A stretch of DNA of 55,639 nt, the filler included, from Squatina squatina (Eukaryota), in assembly GCA_031763465.1 (NCBI GenBank). It is 3 parts of 3 records of this genome, joined end to end, with 100 filler letters (N's around TTAATTAATTAA, not from the genome) between each part and the next. Parts side by side here need not be neighbours in the genome. Positions count along the whole stretch, not along the records: positions 1 to 15,220 come from JARFOE010576532.1; positions 15,321 to 28,550 come from JARFOE010000192.1; 1 more part is not named here. The stretch is one strand, 5' to 3'. A program made the position numbers and the translations under genes. This document shows positions 11,317 to 21,685 of the stretch, one piece after another. Numbering within the stretch: the stretch's first letter is position 1; the number at the start of each line of letters is the position of its first letter. The notes below the pieces were generated by a model. The model was not told where the DNA came from. It did not search any database and was given only the letters and a program-made list of their open reading frames with translations.

Positions 11317-12958
11317 CATAGAACCATAGAAGATAGGAGCAGGAGCAGATCATTCGGCCCTTCAAGCCTGCTCCACCACTCAATGTGATCATGGCTGATC
11401 ATCCAATGTTGGTCCCCTGTCCCTGCTTACTCCACAGATCCCTTGATCCCTTTAGCCCGAAGAACTATATCTAACTCCTTCTTGAATATATTTAATGATT
11501 TGGCCTGAACTGGTAATGAATTCCACAGGTTCATTCCTCCCTGGGCAAAGAAATTCCTCCTCCTGTCAGTCCTAAATATCTTTCCCCGTATCCTTAGGCT
11601 GTGGACACTGGTTCTGGACTCACCCGCCATTGGGAACATCCTTCCTGCATCTAGTCTGTTTACTCCTGTTTGAATTTTATAAGTTTCAATAAGATCCCAT
11701 CTCATTCTTCTAAACTTTGGAGAATACAAGACTAATCGACCCAATCTCTCTTCACACGTCATCCCTGCCAGGCCAGGAATCAGTCTGGTGAATCTTCGCT
11801 GCACTCCCTGCATGGCAAGAACATCCTTCTTCAGATAAGGCGACCAAAACAGCACAAAACACATAAGGTGTGGTTTCAGCAAGGCGTTGTCCAGCTGCAG
11901 CAAGAAACCACTGCTCCTGTACTCGAATCCTTTCGTAATGAAGGAAAACATGCCATTGCCTTCTTAACCACCTGCTGCATCTGCAGGCTGAACTTCAATG
12001 AATGATGCACAAGGGCACACAGGTTTAATTGCACCACCCGCCCCATTGCCCAGTCTATTGCTGTTCAGATCAAAAATTGCCTTCCTGTTGTTGCCACGTA
12101 AATGGATAACCTCACGTGTATCCACATTATACTGCATCTGCCATGCATTTGCCTGCTCAACCAACCAGTCCAAGTCATACTGGAGTTTCTCTGCATCCTC
12201 CTCACACGCCCACCCAGCTTTGTGTCATCTGCAAGCTTGGAGATATTACATCTAGTTTCCTCATCTAAATCATTAATATGTATTGTGAAGAGCTGGGGTC
12301 CAAGCAGCAAACTCTGCTATACCCAACAAGTGCCTGCCTGCTACTCGAAAAAAGACCCATTTATTCCAACTCCTTGCGTCCTGTCTGCCAACCAGTTCTC
12401 TATCCAAGTCAAGACATTACCCCCACTCCCATGTGCTTTAACTTTGCACGCTAATCTCTTATGTGAGACCTTATCGAAAGCCTTCTGAAAGTCCACTTGC
12501 ACCAAATCCGCTGGTTTCCTTTATCTATTCTAGCAGTTGCATCCTCAAAACATTCCAGTAGTTTTGTCAAGCATGATTTTACTTTTGTAAATCCATGTTG
12601 TCTTTGTCCGATCATGTCACTGATTATCAAGTGCTCTGCTATTCCTTTTTTTTATAATGGACTCTTGCATTTTCCCCACTTCTGATGTCAAGCTTACTGG
12701 TTGATAGTGCCCTGTTTTCTCTCTACCACTGTTTTCAATGAGTGGGGTTACATTAGCTACACTCCAATCTGTGGGAACTGGTCCAGAATCTATAGAATTT
12801 TGCAAGATGACCAGCAATGCATCTGATATTTGTATGGCCACTTCCTTAAGTACACTACGAAGTAGATTATCAGGCCCTGGAAATTTATCGGCTTTCCATC
12901 CCATCAATTTCACCAACACCATTTCCCGACAAATACTGATTTCATTCAGTTCCCCGCT
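11317..12958 (-). mobile_element. 5'-truncated CR1 LINE (ORF2 reverse transcriptase and 3' end), frameshifted
   Basis: Peptides KFPGPDNL, WSVANVTPL, YQPVSLTS, LLGPQLFTIHINDLD..KLADDTKLGG, WQMQYN, QFWSP-like FWSPYLKKD..VQRRFTRLIPGL; 3' tail catagaaccatagaa. Confidence 0.95.
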
Positions 12959-12974
12959 CTCATTCGGCATGATA

Positions 12975-13132
12975 TACCCTAACAGTCAAATGCCAGCTTT
13001 ACAGGTCTTTACTGCGATGGAGATCTCTGGACAGAATAATATTCAGGGCAGACGTGAAGATGTCGAGATGGATAACGAATTTAAATTCATCCCAATTCGC
13101 GCGAGCTCATGGGTGTAAAAGCAAAAGTAAAG
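12975..13132. repeat. Unique segment of macro-repeat, copy 3 (continuation after CR1)
   Basis: ggacagaataatattcagggcagac...gagctcat...aaagcaaaagt matches 3180-3325 and 9190-9330. Confidence 0.88.
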
Positions 13133-13139
13133 TTCCGGT

Positions 13140-13700
13140 CAGTGGCAAGGGGCAGCGGACCTGCGCGAGAGTGAATAGGCGAGCAGAGCTTTAGAGAGTG
13201 GGAGGCAGCAGCGAGTCCTGCAGTCAGTGGCAGTGGCAAGGGGCAGAGGACATGCGTGAGAGAGCAGGAAGCAAGCAGAGCTTTAGAGAGCGGGAGGCAG
13301 CAGCGAGTCCTACAGAGAGTGGCAGCGGCGAGCGGCAGTGTAATTGTGTGAGAGAGCAGGAGGTGAGCAGAGCTTTGGAGAGCGGGAGGCAGCTGCAAGG
13401 CCTGCAGTCAGTGGCAGCGACGAGAGGCAGCGGAAATGCCTGAGAGCGCAGGAGGCGAGCAAAGCTTTAGAGAGGGGGAGGCAGCAGTGAGGCCTACAGA
13501 GAGTGGCAGCGGCAAGGGGCAGTGGACATGTGTGAGAGAGCAGGAGGTGAGCAGAGCTTTGGTGAGCCGGAGGCAGCTGCAAGGCCTGCAGTCAGCGGCA
13601 GCGGTGAGAGGCAACCTACATGCCTGAGAGTGCAGGAGGCGAGCAAAGCTTTAGAGAGTGGGAGGCAGCAGTGAGGCCTACAGAGAGTGGCAGCAGAGCT
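13140..13700 (+). repeat. ~92-bp tandem monomers in CR1 5' UTR (about 6 copies)
   Basis: gcagagctttagagag-type motif recurs at ~13181, 13273, 13366, 13457, 13548, 13641. Confidence 0.85.
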
Positions 13701-13944
13701 CACGGAGACCAGCGGCAGAGCTGGAAGTCACGTCACGAGTCAAAAGGTGACGTGTAGCAGAAGAGCCAGCTGATTGGTAAGTAAGCTCAGGTGAGTATTT
13801 CCACTACTTTTACATTTCAGTATTTTAAGCTAACATAAAGGAAAGTTCCTGAGATTGTGGGGAGAATTGTTGAAAGTGAAATAAGGCCCTAGCACAGTGA
13901 AAAGTTTTAATTTAATTTAGTTTGGAGTAATTTTAGGGTAATTC

Positions 13945-14870
13945 ATGGCAGGAGAGCTTGCGTAGTGGAATGCTCCTCCTGCACAATGTATTAATTCAGC
14001 TACGCTTCCAGTGTCAGTGGCGACCATGTGTGCAGGATGTGTATCCAGCTGCAGCTACCGGCAAACCACATTACGGAGATAGAGCTCTGGATGGATTCAC
14101 TGTGGAGCACCTGCAACGCTGAGATGTGCATAGCTAACACATTAGCGAGATGGCAGAACCACAGTTAAATAATGCACAGGCAGGAAGGGAATGGGTGACC
14201 GCCAGGCAGAGTAGAGGAAGGCAGCTTGTGCAGGAAGCCCTTGAGACCATTCACCTCTCTGACAGATAATGCACTTCGGATATTGCTGGGGGAGATGGCT
14301 ACTCAAGGGATGGCAGCAACAGCCAAGATCTTGGCAACACGGGTGGCTCTGCAGCACCGGAGCAGATGAAACAGAGTGGGATGGCTATCATGATAGGAGA
14401 CTCAATCGTAAGGGGTGCAGCTAGGCATTTCTGAGGCCGCAAATGAGATTTCAGGAGGGTATGTTGCCTCCCTGGTGCTAAGGTCAAGGATGTCTCAGAG
14501 CGGCTGCAGGGCATTCTGGAGGGAGAGGGTGAACAGACAGTTGTCGTGGTACACATAGGGCCCAACGACATAGGTAAAAAATGAATTTAGGGAGATCGGA
14601 GAAAAATTAAAAAGTACGACCTCAAAGGTAATCATCTTTGGATTACGAGCAGTGCCACGTGCTAGTCAGAGTAGAAATAAGAGGAAAATTCAGAAGAATA
14701 TGTGGCTTGAGAAATGGTGCAAGGGGGAGGGATTCAAATTCGTGGGACATTGCAACCAGTTCTGGGGGAGCTGGGATCAGTTCAAACCGGACGGTCTGCA
14801 CCTGCGCAGAACTGGAACCAATGTGCTGGGGGGAGTGTTTGCTCGTGCTGTTGGGGATGGTTTAACCTAA
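13945..14870 (+). pseudogene. Disrupted CR1 ORF1 (zinc finger/leucine zipper plus SGNH esterase domain)
   Basis: ECSSC..HVCRMC..LQL zinc finger; esterase blocks IGDSIVRG, CCLPGAKVKD, VVHIGPND, DGLHL; contains stops and frameshifts. Confidence 0.9.
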
Positions 14871-15220
14871 TATGACAGAGGGATGGGAAAATATGCATGT
14901 AGACAGCAGGCTGGAAAATGTGGGCAGAAGCAAAAGGTAGGAAGGAGAAAAGAAAACGCGGAAGGCAGAGAAATCGAGGGCAAAAATCAAAAAAAGGGCA
15001 ACAATAAAACCTAATTGGTTAAGGTTAAGAGTGTTATAAAACAAAGCCCGAAGGCTTTGTGTCTTAATGCGAGAAGCATTCCTAATAAGTTGGCTGAGTG
15101 AAATATGCAGATAGTTGTAAACAGATATGATATAGTTGGGATCACGGAGACATGGCTCCAGGGTGACCAAGGCTGGGAGCTCAACATCCAGAGGTATTCA
15201 ATATTCAGGAAGGATAGACA

Positions 15221-15320
15221 NNNNNNNNNNNNNNNNNNNNNNNNNNNNNNNNNNNNNNNNNNNNTTAATTAATTAANNNNNNNNNNNNNNNNNNNNNNNN
15301 NNNNNNNNNNNNNNNNNNNN
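15221..15320. other. Artificial scaffold-joining linker (N44-TTAATTAATTAA-N44)
   Basis: TTAATTAATTAA gives stops in all six frames and is centred in a 100-nt block. Confidence 0.95.
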
Positions 15321-17429
15321 TAACAGCTGGTATCCTAACTTGGCTGAACATTGACTGGTATACAGCTGGAGTCAAGTCATTAGTAGCATGCCACTCCAGG
15401 TGGATGTCGCTACATGTTCTTCAAAAAATGACCGCATATTTCTTCAACAGCCAACAAATATGGCTGCCACAATGCATCAACTCCTCTGGCTATTGGCTTT
15501 TACCACATGAAGGGTAACGCATTAAGTCATATAGTATTGAGTTTCCCACTAGTGTTCCTTGCAGCAAATCCCCTTACGGCCAATCATTGTGATAATCTAG
15601 CCTNNNNNNNNNNTTTCCAAACCAACATTTTGTCTATCTTCTGCATGTTACAGGATCATACCCTATATTTTGCACACTATTCTCTACCTTTATTTAAGTA
15701 GTCTGTGCATGACTGGAATATGACATTGAAAAGGTAATCATGCTATCTGTGTTGCTAACTAATATTTCAGATATATGAAAAGCTAAACTATAGATGCCAC
15801 AAAGTTGAAACAATCTTCATTTTGTGGTATATGGTTTATATAGAACCTGTTCAAACTAATACAATGTAAAATTATATCTTTTGGCCATCATTCTTTGTAC
15901 TAGCCTTTTCAATTTTTCATGTCTGACTAGTTAACATTAAATGACAAGAGATAATCAAGCTGAGACTCGATATAAACAGGTTGCCTAAAGGTTCACTTGA
16001 TTTGGATAACCGATAGTTGTGAGTAAGATGTATGGTATCGTCTATCAACATATAACTGTAGGAGCCACTCAATATTACTGGCATCTAATCAATAAAGTAT
16101 CTGCAGCATTCAAACCATTACTGGATCAAAGTAGGAATGAAGGTGTTGAATAATAAAAGAAAATTACAGGACAAAATGATGAATGATTGGACTTGATGAG
16201 TTCATGTTTTGATTTGTTTACGATATCATTAACTTACTTACTGAGAACATGAAGTAACGCTTTGAATGTCTCCAAGGATCTGGAAGATGAAGTAATTTTT
16301 AGCCAGCTTACAATACTGGAGACAAGTCAGTTAACAAAGCTCATGGGAACATGTTTGCNNNNNNNNNNNNNNNNNNNNNNNNNNNNNNNNNNNNNNNNNN
16401 NNNNNNNNNNNNNNNNNNNNNNNNNNNNNNNNNNNNNNNNNNNNNNNNNNNNNNNNNNGTTTGCCGAAGTGTGAAGAAAACGGTTATTTCTCAGCAAATG
16501 CAGCCAAATGCCTCAAAAGATGAGGGGTAGGCTGAATTCCTTCCACCGACGTGACAGCTGGATCTCTAAGATACCAAAACACTTCCTCTAATGCAATCAA
16601 ATATGCCCTTCTGAAAACAAATAGAAATGCAGTAACATTTGTAGAAGGCCAGCAGAGAAGAACTAACATGAAATGTCATTTCTGAGGATTGTTCAGAGCC
16701 TCTGATTACACAGCCTGTGCACCAAGCTTCTCGCCATGCTCCAGATAANNNNNNNNNNATAATGCAATGTTTGTTTATGGGGAATGAAGAAATGACAGTG
16801 TCAGTGGATGACATTTCTATTCTGAATGAAGATTTGTTCCTGTAAATGAATCTGGCAGCTTCATCTGTTTCCTCTCAACTGTGGTGCCTCAGCGAGAAGC
16901 ACACTGCCTGGTACTTGACATATTGGATGTTTTTACACATAAAACATCTTAAAACTGTTGCGGAAATGAAAAAAAATGTACATTTTAGGAAATAATATCT
17001 GCATCCACACAATATAGTTTTTTTTAATAGCGAAATGTTGTTTGCGTTGACAAAGATGTCAGTACAGCTGGGTTTCCCTATATTAAGAGGAAGTTGACCA
17101 AAATCTACTTGAACACTGTCATTTTCTGACTATACTCAGTTCATTGTATAAGCTGCAAATAAATAGATAATTCATTCTCCGATTTTGAAAAATTTGGGGT
17201 TTTGTCCGTATGTTTTCTTGTATTTTAATAATACCGTTTCCAGTTTTGCTCAGTAGCTATTTCCCCCTTTGCTGGGTTATTAATCTATATCTGTGTGCTT
17301 TTATTATTACACCACTTCTGGTTTTGGAATCATAGAGAAATCTCAGCGTGCAAAGAAACTTATTGCTATCAATCACAATTGTACTCAGGCAGAAGAATGA
17401 GATACCAGATTTCAGTATGTGTTTGGCCA

Positions 17430-17460
<31 letters not shown>

Positions 17461-17464
<4 letters not shown>

Positions 17465-17917
17465 TTTAATTTCCAGGCCTTATTACCATTTAGGAGGAAG
17501 TAGTCATGCCTGAACACGGCGGGAATATTTAGGTGGTCGGTGGGCAGGAGCAGGAGTTTGCGCGGCAGGATGCTGCTGCCAGAGACCCAAGGGAATGGTC
17601 CCCAGCATACAGTAAGTGTTGAGGGGGTGAGTGCAGAGGCTATAGCAGTCAGGTAAAGGGTCAAGAAGCCTTTCAGGAGGGGCTCGAGGTTTCCTTATGG
17701 GTGCCCGAGAAGCACTTCTGTTCTTCCTGGCCCACAGGGAAATACTAAAAAAACTATAACTTCCAGCTCACCTGGACCTCTTCTGGCCCCGATCCTGTCT
17801 GTCACCAGGTTGCACTGGTCCAGAAGTGTGCATGACTTCCACAACCCGGATCAGCAGTAGGAATTCTAGCTAGTTTTTTGCCCCTAGCCTGGGAACGTTG
17901 AGGTTAAAATCAGACTC
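17461..17917. mobile_element. Degenerate MITE-like non-autonomous element
   Basis: Ends in gttaaaatcagactc like 25833-25848; internal ttcctggcccacagggaaatact is the reverse complement of a motif at ~25540-25575. Confidence 0.5.
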
Positions 17918-20900
17918 AACATTATTATGCTGACTGAGATGAGTTAACTGAACACAGACCGTGCATCGAACTTAAGAACTTCCTGGTCTGTGAGCCTCAG
18001 TACTACACTGAATGCTGCATGAAGACGCTGCGTCATCAATTGACAGATTTTAGATAAAATCATAATCATAGGTCAGAATCTTTGTGGTGGAAATTCACCA
18101 GCACCACACCAGGGGTGTTAAGGATCTGGGATTCTATCGCCGGCCCAGGATGCTCCACCCCCGGTGCAGTATTGGGGTTACCACCCCGGAAATGAGGCGG
18201 AGTGCTATCTGTCTCACTTCCTGGGCGGTATCCGGGTGCTGACGCGGGAGTGCGAGCAGTGCAGCGTTGATGATNNNNNNNNNNNNNNNNNNNNNNNNNN
18301 NNNNNNNNNNNNNNNNNNNNNNNNNNNNNNNNNNNNNNNNNNNNNNNNNNNNNNNNNNNNNNNNNNNNNNNNNNCTGATCTCAGTGGTGGTCTGCACTCT
18401 GCAGTCACAGCACATAAATGCCCGGGACTCAGAACAGGTCAAGAAAATGTTTTAAGGTCAAGGTGGATTTTAAGAAGAATGTAGAGCCTGAATCAAGCAC
18501 GATTACTGGAGCGCTAAACCATCCCAAGCCACTGTGACTTAACCAGTGTGTGTTACTATTCTAGAATTCAAAGGAAAAACAAAGCAAAAATGTTCTCATT
18601 CTGCAGCGGTACAATTTCTCACCGTAACTAAATTCCAAAGCAAGTTTAAGAGTAGTAATGGCAATGTAAACATGTGTGTCTATCATCAGGCCCTGCACCA
18701 CTAACAAAGCTTCATACCTAATGTGAAGCATTATGCTGAAAGGTAGTTGCAATTCTGTACCTTTTTACTTGACATCATTCTGCACTCATGATTACCTTGG
18801 CTCCAGTTCCTGGCTCGTGTAAAACCAAAGGAGCAAGTACATTAGTCTAGAAGCACAATCAGGCAAATAATTGAGTCTCCCTGGACATTCAGTGATGAAA
18901 GGCTTCTTCAAATGTCAAACTCATCAGTCTAAGCTCACAGCCAAGGCAGATGTGTTGCATCATTCTGGAGTACCAGGGGACTCCAGTTCCTGGAGTTGGG
19001 AACTCGGACCCGGTTTATGCACATCACCACTGATAGACCAATTCCCTAAGCCTGGTGGTGTGGTGATTTTTAATAACCTACAAACCTATAGCCTGTTTAT
19101 TTGCGAAACAATAACATTTTTAACAAAGTATTTCATTCACCGTGTATCAGTTTTACCAGAGTTTGAGGAGGCAGGAAGGTCATGTACAAATATTATGCTT
19201 GCACTCAGCAAATTGTCATTGGTGCCAGATGCCAGTAGGTGCAATGAACAATCTGGCATAATGATGTCATCACTGAAAAGCAATATCATTACGTTAATGT
19301 CCATGCATGCCCGGGGCGTGTTAATGACACAGATGATACTATTTGAAAGCTGTAACTAANNNNNNNNNNNNNNNNNNNNNNNNNNNNNNNNNNNNNNNNN
19401 NNNNNNNNNNNNNNNNNNNNNNNNNNNNNNNNNNNNNNNNNNNNNNNNNNNNNNNNNNNTGCTCTTCTTTGAGTAGTGCCACGGGATGTTCACTGTCTCC
19501 TGAACAAGCAGATGGGACTCTGGTTTAGTGTCTCATCTGTAGGAGATGATTTTACAATTTCAGAAAGTTAAAAAGAGTAAGTCAGTTGAGGTAAGTATAA
19601 CTGTAGAATAAACAATATTATATTTAGAACTTACTGTAATAAAGTATCTGACAGACCAGCACAGCACTATGATATTATATCATGAAACAGCTAAAATGAA
19701 AATTCCTGAAAAGCGAATGTTTTGATTGGGATAAAGGGTGGCACTCCAGTGCTGTCTGGATCAAGTTAATGCTTTGACCCTTCCTTATCCCTTTCACTAG
19801 CATTAGGGGAAGTCTGGCGGGGGAACTGACACCTTATCCCAGACCCTGTTTGGATTACATGCCTACCTCCCATATTGTTTGCTCTTCCCATTAGCGACCC
19901 ATTTTCATGGGAGTTTAGGGGAGGCAGTAACCCGTAGCGCAGTGCCCCGCTTTCACCCCGGAACAAAAATTGGGGAGCACCCCCCCTGAAGTTGCGCCGG
20001 GCGATGCCAGTGACAGCTTCAGAGGATGTAAATTGGGCTGCAGGCCATTNNNNNNNNNNNNNNNNNNNNNNNNNNNNNNNNNNNNNNNNNNNNNNNNNNN
20101 NNNNNNNNNNNNNNNNNNNNNNNNNNNNNNNNNNNNNNNNNNNNNNNNNGGAGTGTGAGTGATCTCTAATTTAATAGACCAATAAAATTCACATCCAGCT
20201 TGTTAACTCTGGTGTGCAACCCTGAATTGTGCTGCTGTTCTGATTCTTGGCAGCAGATAGGCAATGGCATGTTGTAAAATATGCCAGAGTTCCAGAGAGT
20301 TGTACATTAATTACAGGCTACAGTAAGAAACTTCCAGAAAATTGATTTCTCTGGGCCTCACTAGTATTTTGTCAACCAAATATGACAAGGCTGCAATCTT
20401 TCATTGTCCAGTAAATATTTCAAACTGCTGACCTCACTTAACCTTATCTCCTTCAAACTGTTCTTCTACTTAAAGCTGACATGAATGATTATCTTTGCAA
20501 ACTACAGAAAATGTGTGTACTGGTGTACATGTTACCAAATATTTATTGATTGCAATTCACTGTAAATAAATACATTTCCTTGAATTATTGGTTTGTCTAT
20601 AGTCAGTGGTGAATGCAGTTGGTGTCAGACTTTGCAAATGAACTAAAATTCGAACTAGAATCTACAAGTTTTACTGGAATGCTTTCCAATTTGCATCAAG
20701 TTTTCTGAGCAACACTAATGGCTTTTAAATTCCTATACAAAGATGGCAACATTGTCATCATTGTCATCATCACCATAATTAATATCATCATCATAATCAT
20801 TGAGTATGAAGATCAAAATCTTTTGAACCAATCACTGAAAATGTTAAACAAGTTATTATCAATGTTATGCCTATCCTTTGACAGTCNNNNNNNNNNNNNN

Positions 20901-21006
20901 NNNNNNNNNNNNNNNNNNNNNNNNNNNNNNNNNNNNNNNNNNNNNNNNNNNNNNNNNNNNNNNNNNNNNNNNNNNNNNNNNNNNNNTTGTGATGGGGACC
21001 GAAGAC

Positions 21007-21685
21007 AACGGCGTGGATTTTACAGGGCCTATGATGCACAGCATATGCCATTGTAAGTTCCCCACAAGTTCCATGTTTCTGCATGCGTGAAAAACCATAA
21101 CTTGCAATCTGTCAAGTTCCTCCTTGAAAGATCATACGCATCCACTATAAATTCACTTTTGCTGGCACAGGGTTGGGTTAATTGCCCAACTACTGCTTAG
21201 CGAATACCCGCAAAACCCTTACACTTGGTAAAAGCAGGCATAAGGCCTTCTTTTACTAGCGTAAGGTTTTAAATAAATGATTTAAACATTCACTTAATTG
21301 ATCTAAACTAATTTAAAAATTATGTCCCAGTAAAAATGTTTAAATTTATTTTTCATAAAATTAAATTTTTATTTTAAATGTTTAACTAAATGGTATTTTA
21401 ATTAATTTTCAACCTGCAATCATTTATTTTTATTTCAGCGTTTGTGAAATTGTATTTTTTTAGGTGATTTCTATTTTGCTTCCGTAAATAGGAATCCCCC
21501 TTTGTCATTGGTTGGCCTGGCCAACACGTGCCCCTGGGATGCGTGGGCCTTTACGCAGATGTACGCCTACTGGCCCAGGACCGTAAGAGTCTGGCACGCT
21601 GGAGGCAGCAGTTAAGTATGGAGTTTTCTTGTTGTTCAGAGGTGTACACAGATGCCATGCTGCCGATTGTAATTTCCAGGCCGTT
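21007..21685. mobile_element. MITE-like element with imperfect terminal inverted repeats
   Basis: Left aacggcgtggattttac versus right gtaatttccaggccgtt; AT-rich core flanked by GC-richer arms. Confidence 0.6.

Larger units (their letters stand above)
13133..15220 (+). mobile_element. CR1 LINE 5' portion: tandem-repeat 5' UTR, ORF1 and start of ORF2 endonuclease; runs into scaffold end
   Basis: ORF1 motifs as in the next entry. ORF2 start near 15050 reads LCLNARSI..YDIVGITETWL..WELNIQRYSIFRKDR (APE endonuclease). Confidence 0.93.

Noticed and set aside
13087-13703. Overlapping ORFs on both strands
   Set aside because: They are translations of the GC-rich ~92-bp CR1 5' UTR monomers.
16461-16525. 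Thyroglobulin type-1-like peptide LPKCEENGYF
   Set aside because: The match is too short, lacks the QC/CWCV motifs and ends in a stop.
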